A DNA stretch of 64,000 bases from Lytechinus pictus (taxonomy: Eukaryota), in assembly GCF_037042905.1 (NCBI RefSeq), contig NC_087251.1:10666001-10730000 (forward strand), read 5' to 3'. This document shows positions 37,939 through 50,700 of the stretch, piece by piece. The first letter of the stretch is position 1, and every line of letters starts with the position of its first letter. The notes beneath the pieces are model-generated. The model made no database searches and had not been told where the DNA came from. It saw nothing but the letters and a program-made list of their open reading frames with translations. The position numbers and the translations under genes are program-made.

Positions 37939-39566
37939 CAGGCGCGTAGCCAGGGGGGCGGTGGGGGCGGTCGCCCCCCAAAACTCCCCCAAAAAGAAAA
38001 AAAAGAAGGGGAAAAGGGGGGGAAAAAAGAAGGGGAAAAGGGAAAAAAAGAAAAAGCGAAGGGAGAAAAGGGACTATAGCTTACGGTTTTTTTTTTCTTT
38101 CTTTTTTGTCAAATATGTCAAAAGAATAAAAACCTAAATGAGATGTTCTTTTCTCTCATCATACAAAATTTTGCTTCCGCGCTCCGCGCGGGAAAGAAAA
38201 CATCAGAATTGCCTTTCCCCTTTGTTTCCCACATCTTTTTTCTACTCCGTTTTTCCCCTTCCCGGCCATGGGAATCGCATTTTTGCCAGAAATTATAAAG
38301 TATACATGAGTAGTATGAAAAGTTACTTTTTTTAATTGCACTGACACAAAATTTGGGCTCTTCTGTTCAGAGCGGGTAAACTTTCATATCGTCATTGCCC
38401 AAGTCCCCAAATGCTATATTCCTTCCGCTTTTCAGCAAGCAATTTGTTGGCAAATTATCTGCTCAAAGTGGGAAGCGTTAAATTCGTGCCGTGCTATATG
38501 CAAAAGTAGATATAATGAAACTTTATTCTATATCGCTGCACATCCATATCCGGTCCTGTTTTGGTTTTGCGCCATTGATTTAAAATTTTGAATATCACTG
38601 ATTCACTGAAGCTTCTTAGGGGGTGCTGCAAGAAAATATTTGCAATCAATTGCAAATATTCTGTTGCAATTTTACAACTGATAGATCAACGTTAGCTGTA
38701 GCAATTCAGATTAAACTTCTTGTTTCAAGGAGCAAATTAGTAATCAATCACTAATTTGAAATTAACTGTAAGACTTATGATTGATTTAGGGACCAATAAT
38801 TGACTTGCAATTGATCGCAAGTTTCTTGCAACGCCCCATAATAATCATACAAAAGAAAGCGCTTAATATTATGAACAAGTTACAAAAAAAAAATTCTTCC
38901 AAAACAAGTCACACTGAAGTTTCCGTGCTTCGCGTGCATGGGAAAGGAAAAAGTCCCTCTTCTAGCTTTCATCATCCCTTTCACAATTTGAGCTATATTT
39001 TGCTTCCTCTTTTCTAAATATCAAAATTAGAGCAGGTTAAATTTTCAGAGAAATTTATAAAATTCAGAGCTTGCCATTCGCGGGAAGAAATAGTTCCTCC
39101 CTGCAGATATCCCAAATATCAGCTTTCTACTCATTGTTTTGCGAGTTAAAGAAATTTAATGTGGCTAAAGTTTTTACAATCAAATATGATGTGACTAAGG
39201 TAAACATTTTATATCACTTCTGTTCTCTTTTTTTTTTTTTAAACGTCTTAGCTTTCGCGCATCGCGCGGTAAGAGGAATTATTTTTACTACCTCAATCTT
39301 TTCCCATTTTGCGGGCGCTCATCTTTTCTTTTGAAAACAGGTTTTGTTTTTTATCACAGCATGTCAATTGAATTCGTGTTGATAAGGGTATTAGAGACGC
39401 AAGAGACGTCTTCTTTTTATTGAAATTTGATGAGATATCTAAAACTTCGCAATCGATCCGCGCGGGAGGGGGGAAACTCCCCCCTACCTGCACCCTCCCC
39501 CTATAGGGAGCGCGCTTCGCGTGCACTTACCGCCCCCTCCAAAATGAAATCCTGGCTACGCGGTTG
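37939..39566. mobile_element. hAT-like non-autonomous element, 8-bp TSD
   Basis: TIRs CAGGCGCGTAGCCAGG / CCTGGCTACGCGGTTG. Flanks TGCCATTG (37931-37938) and TACCATTG (39567-39574) match at 7 of 8 positions. Confidence 0.8.
38619..38837. mobile_element. Small PIF/Harbinger-like MITE nested in the hAT-like element
   Basis: GGGGTGCTGCAAGAAA..TTGCAATCAATTGCAA / TTGCAATTGATCGCAAGTTTCTTGCAACGCCCC, with TTA/ATA flanks. Related remnant at about 26890-27080. Confidence 0.7.
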
Positions 39567-41639
39567 TACCATTGTTCTCTTCATCCATTTCTTTACAATA
39601 TTTAAATAAAAGAGTTGCCAAAGCTGTTGTACATGTATAACTTTACACACACACACATATATATATTTATATACATGTATATATAATGTGATGACAAGTT
39701 TGCTTGTACCAAACGCTCTTGAGGTGTGAGTATGAAACATATTGTGATGAGGCCAACTCAAAAGATGACGCAGGACACCATTTTAGCTTTAGCTTTCGTC
39801 TTTAATAAGAACAGACTATTATGGTCAGGATGCCTACCGTATTCTATCTTGTTCCTTTAAGAACCATACTAAGTAATAACGCGTAATTAGTATACATCTC
39901 TATGTTTACTATACTCTGTTAGCTTGTGTGTTGCTGCCCTCTGTAACGTTCATTGGTAAAATTTTCTACTATAGCGCGCAGTACGTCTCTTGGCTTCATC
40001 ATGATCATGATGGTTGGCTTGCGCCACGAGCTTGATACAAAGAATTTTTGCTGAAAAATACTAGTGCTAAAGGTTTTTGCATTAGAGATTAGAGGCTCGT
40101 ATATACGTTGTTGAAGTTAATTGTTGTCTTGTCCCTTTTCTCTCATTTTGCTTGCCTGTACCTTTGTTGCTTTTAATTTTTCAATTTCGAACGCGTTTTG
40201 ATTTTTACGCATCCACCTATTTGTTTCCATTAATAGCTTTCTTTCTTTTTTTAATCTTATATTTGTCTCGTGCATTGGGAGGAGGATTTTTTCACAAGTT
40301 TCATTCATGCTCATTAAAAAAAATAACAAACTTTTAATTTTATCATTTCGGAAATCTTCTCCAACAAAATGCTGATTTGAACAAAAAGATTTTAAAAATC
40401 AGACAAGAATAATCATAAGGCCGAAAATTTTATCCAAATCGGATTTACAAAAATAACGACCTTTTAGATTTTATAGGTGGGGAAAACGATGACATCACAC
40501 ACTTTTTTTGTATTTTATTTTATAAGAGAATACGGCCTCTTCATTTAAATACTAGAGGGGTCTAATGTTACCTTTTACTTCGGAAATAAAGTTCGATTCA
40601 TCCCTGAACATTGCTGCACCTATACATGTATACCATGATTTGGCAATCTCATTATTGTGATGTGCAAAAGTACTGTATAATACAAATAATACAATAAAAT
40701 TTAGAAAAATAATATTCATATTTCCTCTATGTACACGTCTTCTGTTTTTCTTTTCCCTCTATTCTTATAAAAAAAAATCCACATTTCTTATTTTACATAT
40801 TATATGTACTATACCTTTTCCCCCTCTATTCTATTCCCTTTTTATACTTTCCTCCTGAATTCTCCTCCGTCCTCCTTCTTTTAGTCACAGAAGTAAACCG
40901 ATTTGATAACATTTATGGTAAAATATGAAAGCCACGATTAGCAAGAGATGATGAGACTTAATGGACTTTTTATCACCATTATCTTTCTCCACTGGAAAGT
41001 CCCGAGCGCTATGAGACTTCAGAATACCAAAACTTGTAGGCCTATAACTACCGCTTGTCCGCTTCGCGAGTATTACATCCCACGAATGAAATAATACGAG
41101 CTCAATAACATCCTTTTCGGGCAATTGGTGCACTTTTTGTATTCTTGAACAGAATAATACTGTATAGTGGCTTATATAGATTTTGTGATATTATGTTCGT
41201 ATTTATCTTGATTTTGTATCACATACGGATACTTCGTTTATTTGTAATGTACAAAATCATTTCATTTCATTTCATTTTCACTTTCAACAAACTATAAATC
41301 AAATAAATACAATCATATAGCAAGTCAACATCTTAAAAATAAATACCAAGGTCACTAAATCAACTTGAAAAAGACATGTTACAAGAACGTTACATACAAA
41401 ATAATTATGTGTAAAGGATTTGTGATTTACAATTTGTGAAAATGGAGATAATGGAAAATCAAGATAAACGAACATAATATCAAAACGTCTAATTAAATAA
41501 GCTAATTATACAAATGAAATATGTAATTTCACAGCATTAGTTTGAGTAAAAAAGAAAATTGGATATCCATAAAAGCAGAGCCTGCTTGTACTCATCTTTT
41601 TTTTTCTATTTTAAAGTTGTACTTTTTTTACGCCACCAA

Positions 41640-42235
41640 CTTGGGGGGGGGGGGCGACCAAATTGCGCCCCTCGATCCGGCTATGTCAAATTCAAGAACT
41701 TAAAGTTATGTATGAAAAAAGAGCCTATTCATTATTTTATCGGCCTTATCGTGAAATTTGTCACCTCTCTTCTCGATCTCGTGTGTGTCGGTGTGTGCGC
41801 GCTCGTTGTGTACAAAGTCAATGGGAGTGGAAAGATGTCACCACCGCTGACGAAATAAACGGCAGTGAATGGACTGGTGACATAAACCACGATAATGCCA
41901 TTTTATCAATTATAGATTCTATCTCTTATTATTTTAGTCGCCAAGGCCATGCCCCTGGTCCCGCCCCCGCCCCTGGGCCTGGTTTGGAAATCTTTCTCCA
42001 TCTCTTTTTTTCAAGCCTCGCGCGCAAAATTAACAGCGAGCGAGCGAGTTCGACCTCCGGTAGGATTACGTCATCGCATCGCCATTTTGCCTCATTCATT
42101 TGCCTGCTGCGCTGTCACCGGGTTGTCCTGCACCTGCGCTTGTGAATCCGAAGAGTAAAACCTTTTGCACCGTCCAGGCGAATTAGTGGCGATAGAACGG
42201 TTATTTTGATATCTAAATAATTGATAACAATTACA
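41640..42235 (+). promoter_or_regulatory. CpG-rich promoter / 5' UTR of the reticulon-like gene
   Basis: CpG-dense region with GC boxes (CCCGCCCCCGCCCC, about 41960), ATTACGTCAT (42065-42074) and YY1-like CGCCATTTT (about 42080), upstream of ACAATGGCG. Confidence 0.65.
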
Positions 42236-45200
42236 ATGGCGAACTTTGATCAGTTCCAGCCCGATTCTACACAGGGATTTGACGGAGATTACGACAACGA
42301 TAATGATTTCGAAAGGGTAGATGCCGACAGACCCCTGGCAATGAGTGATAACCCGGAGGAGGACCGGTACGCATCGGAGCAACCGGAGGCTCAGGCCCAG
42401 TCACAGGTTCCCACTGCAGATCTGTTGGGTTCCTTTGGCTTCGGGGATAGTCCTGATCCTGCGACTGCAGCACCTGACTACTCCAGCCGTGGAGGTGATG
42501 AATTGGGTGGGTATGTTGATGAACCTAATGTTCCCGATACAACCGCCACAGGATCTTTGGGAGATTTTGATCATCTTCAGGAAATCAAACAAAAGGAGAA
42601 GGTGGAGGAGCCAAAGCCAGTCTCGCAACCTCCAAAATCATCACCTCCAGGTGCAGCGACAATTGCAGAGAAGCCCACTCCAAGCCCAAGGTCACAGGCT
42701 TCGCAGTCAGTAGGTAAGCATGATCAACCTATTTAAATTCCAAATTACAGCCTACAGGAAGCAACATCATGACATTAAATTAAATTGAGATCTGGAAAAT
42801 CATGCCAGATAATTAGATCTAATTGTTAGATCTAACATTACATCTAGAATTTTTCATATTTAATCATAAAGTATTCTACTTAAATTTAATTTTAGACCTG
42901 GGCATGTCCATCCAATTTGAATTATTGTGATTTGTATGATAAAAAAGAAAAATTGAACAGAAAGTGTCAAAGATATCATAAAAATTGGATGTATGGTGAG
43001 GGGTTCTGAAGACCTAAGGCTAAGCTATGCACTCATGACTAATAAATCACAAAATGCAGTGAAATAATATTTTTTCAGATTTTTTATTTCCATTCTCTTG
43101 AATGTATTGCATCCTACAAGCAGATGGATAGACGCAAGAACACACTATAGTATAGGCGGAGCTGCACCATCCCGAGTTTGCTCAATCTCGAGATGTTAGC
43201 CCGATCGGCCCTCTTAGCGATTAATCTCGAGATTCATCATTCAAGAAACCCCGTCTCCACCATCGCAAGAAGAGCGATTCCTGCTCGAGCGAGGCATCGA
43301 TGTATTATGGTCTGACACCGTGAATAAATAATCCCGAGTGCGTCTGCACCTGCGAATTAGCGCAATAATTCGTAAAATAGCGCTTTTTTTTTGCAAATAA
43401 TCCCAAGTTGACTTGGGATTGCAATCTCGAGATTAATCCTACGAACTAGCACGATAATTGCGTCTCCATTACAAATAATCTCAAGATTGTTCAGATCGGG
43501 ATAATTTGCCGGATCAGAAATAGCACGCTAATTTGAAAACTCGGGATGGTGCAGACGGCCCTTATGATGGGGCATGTCCATAACCATGTGAATGTTTCTT
43601 TGCAATTGAGAAGAGAAGTGCATACGTGTACATGATGTAGGCCATAGTTTTAGTGAGGACCCCTTCCTAAACCAGTGGCTTAATCAACAATCTTACGTTA
43701 AAAAGATGTATGTTGTATGCCATGTTATTCTGGATACATGTACATGATTACATACATTCATGTGCATAATGCACAAAACTGCCATCATGCATGTTAAGGA
43801 AGGTACACAACCATATATTTCAATTTTTTTATTAGCTTTTCCTGTAAAATAGCAGCAAACACTTCTGTTGTGAAGCCGCTTTAAGTTTTTCATTTAAATT
43901 TTCAAAGAATTTAAACAGTTACATACTTTAATACTCTTAATTTAAGCTTCCTGATACTGAGAGTGAAACTAAATAAGTAAAAGCTGGTTCTTATTTCTCA
44001 GATTTATTAAGAATTAGATTTAAGGTCTAATTCTAATTATTTGTTGTCAGTACTGGTTCCAATTGCAAATTGTAAGCGAACGTCATTAACATGAATCTGT
44101 TTTCGTCTCCTCTTCTCTGTTGCCAAACCCCTGCCATTTTCATAAAGCTGTTCTGCCAGTTTGAAGCAAGATTCTGCACAAATGAGTTCAAATTGTCTTA
44201 TATCAGACTGATATCATTGTGCATTTTCTAGGTTCAACTTTCCAGCCATTTTCTTGATTTGAACCAACTTTGGTAAACTTTTTTAGGATATTCAAAAACT
44301 ATTTTTCATATACATGTAGGCCTATATTTCATAGTGCTTGTGAGTTCAGATTCACAGGCCTGTAAAGTAAATACAGGATGAAATCTTTGTAATTTTGCAA
44401 CAAAAATGTAAAGGCCCATTGAGAGTAGCATAAATTAGAGGCACACATTTCCTGTGCATGTCTTCTAAAATTAGTCAAGTAGCGTACTTAGATCCATGTC
44501 CTGGACAGGATTGTATGTACTTGCAAGATTTATAATCATCAAAAGTAAATAGTCATTAATATTTTGCACAGTGGGCTAATTGTTGACCTAAGTGTAAGAA
44601 AGTAAGTCTTTAAAATTCACCAGTAATTCTATACCCCTTTCCTTTCCCAACTAGAGCTACATGTATGGTGGCCAAAAAACTTCTCGGAATCAACATTCTT
44701 TTGGCTGGCCTAACACCCAGGGCAATTGTCGACACGCACAGTCGCACATGTTTTGACCTTGGATTTGAGCCAGTCAAAAGCAGCGTTTTTACAAAAATCT
44801 TTTTTCGTGATTGGATCTGAAAATACTTCTAAATTTCATGGCCAGCTAAAATGCTTGAAATCACATGAAAATTTTGGCCCACAAACGGTTAGCTGGCCCA
44901 AAATCTCTCATTGGGAAATGGGTGTTTAATTTAACAGTGTAAAATTAACACATTATTGTTATCATTTATTAATTTTTTTTTTTTTGGGGGGGGGAGGTCA
45001 TTATACTGTTTTTAACAATCAAAGTCAACAAACACTTTTGATAGATGTGTAACAAACAATGTTTTTAAAAGATTTTTTGAACAGAAATTCCTGTATCTTT
45101 TCATGAAAAGATATATAAAATGAATATTTCATCATTTATTTGTTCTGTGGTTATCTTTGTTGTATATTCCATTGATTGTATTGTTTCTCTCTCAGTGTAC

Positions 45201-45884
45201 TTGCACTAATTGTTACTTTGAATCATTCTCATGTTTCTGCCTTCACTGAATGTTTGCAACATTTTATACAACATAATCTAAATTAACCAACTTTGAATTG
45301 TTTATCATGGATTTTCAAAAAATATTAAAGTTACAGTATGATCACCTTTTTTAATGCACCCTTATCTGTTTTATGCAAATTTGTCAATGATTACCTCAGA
45401 CATTACAAAGGTTCATTTAAACATACAATGACATTCCTGATTAATTTTCCATCAATAACATAGACCTTGATATTGATGGAAAATCAATCAAGATCGATTG
45501 CACGGGAGTTTGTGAAAACACTCCCTCCCGTGACAAATTATATACAAGTAACTATTGATTGACTGACTGACTGCAACTATTTACAGTGTAATATTTTTGT
45601 TTTTATTAATGTGTACATACAGGGTTCAACATTTCACCAACAGACAGACTGACTACAACTTTTGCAAACAAGTGAACAAAAGGATTATTCACTTGTACAT
45701 GTACATCATGTCTAAAATATTCCCTTCAGAAAATAAAAATACTTAACAGAATTGAATTAGAATTCTATGTCTTATTTATTGAGTTTTATTCTGCATGAAA
45801 TACAATATCATTTCCCTTTCGCCTGCATGTTTCTCATTTTTTCAACAGGTTCCTTGATTGATCTCTCCAAGCTCGACCCAAGAG
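42236..45884 (+). CDS. RTN: Probable reticulon (long isoform): first coding exon 42236-42713 and 36-nt microexon 45849-45884; remaining exons not seen in window
   Basis: Strong start ACAATGG. The 159-aa N-terminus is acidic, Pro/Ser-rich and low in complexity (MANFDQFQPDSTQGFDGDYDNDNDFERVD...), ending at AG|GTAAGC (phase 1). The phase 1-1 microexon GSLIDLSKLDPR resembles the residues just before the reticulon homology domain in invertebrate reticulons. The RHD is not in the window, so the coding call is firmer than the family call. Confidence 0.62.
43155..43561. mobile_element. PIF/Harbinger-like MITE
   Basis: TIR core CTGCACCATCCCGAGTTT / AAACTCGGGATGGTGCAG, GG..CCC termini, ATA/TTA flanks, and internal repeated AATCTCGAGATT palindromes. 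Confidence 0.8.
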
Positions 45885-46937
45885 GTAGATTTATTCTTCC
45901 TGAATCTATCAAAATGAGATTCAGTTCTTGTTCTTTAGTGTATTGGACTTATTTATTTCTTGTTGTTTAATCTGTTCCTCTGCATGCTTGAAACTGTTTT
46001 TAATGTTCATTGTCCTGCTTTCTTGTTTCATTCCTTGATCACAGATTTGGTAAAACCAGGAGCTGATTGCATGAAAGGCTCTTGGCAAGGATCGTCTTAT
46101 GTACATGTATTGCTGGTTTATTATGATGCACCACATGATTGAGTTTTGTGAAAATATTATCAACTATTAAAACCTTTTAGCTCACTTTTGAATTCATTTT
46201 TATTTCATCACATAAGATGTTATTTTTGTAATAATTGAAATGAATTTTGAAACAACTTGTTTAAATGGCATCTACCTGTACTTCAGGTCTTCAGCTAGAT
46301 GTGCATGTATGTGTATGGTGTACAAAATAAATTGGCGACATGAAAGACAGTCCTTGCAAAGACCTGTCATACAACCAGCCCCTGATCTCTAATACATGTA
46401 GTCCATTTGGACATTCATTTGAATTTTTGATTGAAAACAAAAAATAATTTTGCATCATTATATATCCTATTGTCAAAGTTAGGGATTACTCTAGTTTCAC
46501 CCCACCAAAAATGAATAAATAAATAAATGATTAAATGAATGAATAAATAAAATTGAGATTACATATCAGTGGCATTAAAGAATTCAAGGGACAGATTCCA
46601 TAAAGATCCAGAAATTTGTTGTTTGAAATCATTCTGAATTAAATCCTACCTTGTGTAAAAAATACCAAAAAATAAGAAAAATTCATGTTATAGAGAAGGC
46701 CTTGAAAAGAATATCCTTTAAAATTTACATAAATTTGAATGAATTTCTCATACATGTAAACATAATTGTTCATCCATATTTTTATGTCTCATAAGTTTTT
46801 AGTAACACTAGGTAATTGTTTTTCCCAGCTTTTCACAGTCATAAACAATATTCATTCATGCTTTTATCTGAGATTCTTTGTAATATAACGTACATGTACT
46901 TGTGTGTATTGTGTGTTGCAATGTTTATATACTCCAC

Positions 46938-47764
46938 TACTCTATAAGCTGTTATTTTTGCGGATTTTGCGAATTGCCGATCGGCTGCGAATTTAACAAT
47001 GCGCGAAAAAATTGACACATTTAGTAATCAGTGCCAATATCCCCAACCGTCAACAGCATAGCATTGCTGTTGCAAACATCCTGTGTGGTGAAAAAATTGA
47101 GATATGCACTGCACACATGTGTATATATTATGTACAACAATAAGGTTGAGAAATTACGGTTAGTAATTTAAAAAGTTAAAGCTAGAATTTCACTTTTATA
47201 TTTCTCAAACAATATCAGAGCCTAAATTATTTCCTAACATATTTTGTCAATATTTACTCACTCACTAATATTACAATGTATTTTCCATAAAATGATTTGA
47301 TTTTATTGTCATCGGATTGACTCTATACAGGTACATGCAGCTATTTGCATACTCATTGATATTAATAAGTTACATGACAATAGGTTTGAAAGGTGTAAGA
47401 TTCTGTTCACAAAACTCAAAATTTTTTGCACTTAAACCAACTTTAAAAAAAAATCGAAAAAACACAACTTCAAAAGATTGTTTTTACAGATCACACTGTG
47501 ACATGATGAATTTTCAGATCTAAAGGTAGAAAAAAGTGAAATGTAAGCCACTTTTTTCACACTTTTTAACTGTTTTTACAGGAACATATATATTTATGTA
47601 CAAAAGACACATCAGTATGGGGGTTTTGAGGAGCATACTCTTGTACATGTTTTGCACTATTGTTGCTTCTCTGAAATGCTGTGGAATTATTTGGTACATC
47701 TTCCGATTGGAAATTCAACGACCCGCAAAAATGTTATGAACGCGAAAATAACAGCTTATAAGTA
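46938..47764. mobile_element. TA-bounded MITE (Tc1/mariner-like), probably with a nested insert
   Basis: TACTCTATAAGCTGTTATTTTTGCG / CGCGAAAATAACAGCTTATAAGTA inverted ends. The AT-rich middle (about 47080-47700) begins CCTGTGTGGTGAAA, as does a repeat at about 30633. Confidence 0.65.
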
Positions 47765-50700
47765 TTTTAAATTGCCTACTGTTTTTATAAATGCTTCATT
47801 TTGTATCCTTAAGTATAACTATCATGATTCAAAATCTACATGTACATGTATATCATTGCAGAAAGATAGTTTTGTGTAGAGGTTGCCTAAATTCACTCAA
47901 ACTGATCATTAATTAAATGAGTTGTAATTTTACATTGCATTTCGGAAGTGATCCATTTCAAAAGTTAGCTACATTGTTCACATGTACTGTAGTGTATACT
48001 ATATCATACTGATTCATGAGATCCAAACAGTTCGTGTCATTGGAATTCATTTTAATTACGGTAAGCAAGAATGATCTGAAATTCAGATCACTAGTATATT
48101 TAACACTGAAATATATATATTGTGTGCACTTGTAGCTGCGCATAGGTTTAGGTAATCAAATTTTCATTTAATTGGGGTAGAATTTGTATTTTGGTTACAT
48201 TAGCTTCTCATAATCATTTATGTACATGTGTATACATATATATGAACTTAACGTTATTTGATATTGCCAACCATGTGGAACTTGCATATACATGTACCTA
48301 CATGTACATGTATTGTAGTCACAGTGAGTTGAATCAGTTCATATCCAATTAAGATCAGGTATGTAATATGTTCCATTCAATCAAATGTCTACCGGTATTC
48401 AAAGCACCCAAGCCTGTTCTTCGTTTACATGAAAACATGTACATACATGTACAGTGTAGATACATGTAGCTCAAGTTCTTTACTATGGATCGTTAGACAG
48501 GGATGATTTTTGTTTTAACATGCCAAGTTCTAGAGCAGTGAACTTGCTTTTTTAGTGATGAGTCCTGTCCAGTTCATCAGTTCCTGAAACTGTATGCAGT
48601 TTACATGTAAGACAGTGATGACTCTAAAACAACTACATTTGTATGTTGGCATGGTACATGTAATGTAACTGCCAGTGTGTCACTCACTAGTGGACTTGTT
48701 TGATTTCAATCAACAGTTTAATGTATTAGATTTCCCTTTCAAGTGATATTTCCTGTTTTAGACTAAAAACACGGCTTTAAAATATGTTGAGATGTAACTT
48801 TGCTTTGTACCATTATAATATGGATACTGAAATATTTTTATTTTATTTCTTTACAACTGAATGATGGCGTTCTGATTTCCTTTGAATATCAATAACCAGT
48901 ATGCTCAATTGCTCATAGAATCTGCTTCTGTTTCAAAGACTTTTCATGGATGAATGTTAATATGGATTTCAAATCATTTATACACTAACTCAGTGTATCC
49001 CTCAGAATATCCCTCCATGAGCCTCATTTTAATTCAACCACCATGTACATGTACCAGTTGTAGTTTTTAAGAAGTGGACCTCTCTATCCTTCATAGAAAT
49101 AGTGTCCCCAAATCCACTACACGACTAGTAAAATCCTGAAATTTCACGTACATGTACATATAGCACTGAATGGTACTGACATGGCTGAGTAAATGAGTTC
49201 AGCAAGTTAAATGTATGGATGTTAAACATGTGTACAACATTGTTCAGGTTACACCCTTCTCTCCCTTTAAAAGTGTATTACCTGCACTTATCAGTATCAT
49301 TTTATAGTTGGAACAGTACAGAAATGAACCATGTAGCTGATACTAATCCTAATATCTGAGGATTCGTCATATTTTCATCATGATTAAATCCAGCAAGGGG
49401 CTCCTGGTTATACCCTTGCCAATGTATTGTGATGCTATTTAAATCAACAACACATGTGAATTAATTTGTTGATAAGAATATCGTACACATGTATGACATG
49501 TTGATAAAAAAATTATCCATCCTACAATTGTACTATTATGTAGGCCTATTCATATGGGATGTGTATGAACACCAGTACGCATATGGTGATATATATACAG
49601 AATGGTTCTTTTGACATATTTTTGAAACACATATTTTGGGTTTGAAGAATATTATTTGCAGTTCCATCTGTCTAGCACAGCTGTAGTGGGACATGATTTT
49701 AATCAATTTTGTTGGAAAGCAGTCTCTGTGTGTTTCCTATAATGGCATGCTAGCATGTAGGCCTACATGTATATGCACATGATATAACAAAGATGTACAT
49801 GTAGCTGAAATAAATTGAGAACTATGGTACGATATATATTTTGACTCCTGTATAGGCAAGTTAGGATTGATAGTCCAATATTTTGTTAAAATTTTCATTT
49901 GAGTAGTAAAGAATAACATGCTATGATGAATATCAGTCAGGAGTAGGACTTAAGGCATTTTTTGGTCTTGTGTATAATTTACACTTCATCCATGAACTTT
50001 GTTAAAATTAAGGCGTAAATAATTAAACCACTGGAACGTTTAGGTCTACTTTTTTCTTTTAGTGAAAAATTAGGCAGCTTAGGAAAGAGGCAGTGTAGAT
50101 AAATAATCACAATTTATACATTAGATCAATGTAAACACGTCAAAAATTTTCACACAACATTTATGTTTATATTTTCATGACATTTTCATCCACTGTGCTG
50201 CTTCTTTTGTATTTCGGTTTGAGTAATCCAAACCATGACTTTACCCTAAAGCATTCATTAGTATGATTTCAATAAAGCAGCAATCAGGGTGCTGCATTTC
50301 TCCTGTGTATTGGAATATTGCTACTGAAACTCTGTTCCCATTACTGGTAGTATTCATGCCAAATGTACATTGATAGTCAATTGGTCATTGGAGTACTGCC
50401 TGCAGTGGCTATGATAACAACTTCATAGTTTTGGTACTACTTCTGCATACTGTACATGTACAGTGTATGTTGAGTTGAGTCTATTTTTCCAGTTCTGTTG
50501 ACAAGTGTGGATGAGACTTATCTTAAGATGCTTGAATTCAATGGAATAGGGTTGCCCAGAGCATTTCATACTGTAACATTGCCAATGTGAACAGCACAAC
50601 ATATGGTGAACCTGTGTGTTTATTTGAAGTTCAAGTCCTGTGGCAGTGATAATGCTACTCTATTGGGTGCCTGAAGTCATGAGTCAGAAGGTTCTTTGTG

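Noticed and set aside
41559..42713. Overlapping ORFs 41663-42145, 42092-42382, 42345-42713 and 42401-42628
   Set aside because: By-products of a GC-rich promoter and of the real exon's other frames; no domain features.
48554..48600. Box C/D snoRNA (GTGATGA...CTGA); similar pairs at about 18728-18776 (-) and 58358-58420
   Set aside because: Too short or lacking recognisable guide sequences and terminal stems. Such motif pairs are expected by chance in AT-rich DNA.
50088..50100. miR-34-like seed GGCAGTGTAG
   Set aside because: Only about 10 nt match and there is no surrounding hairpin.
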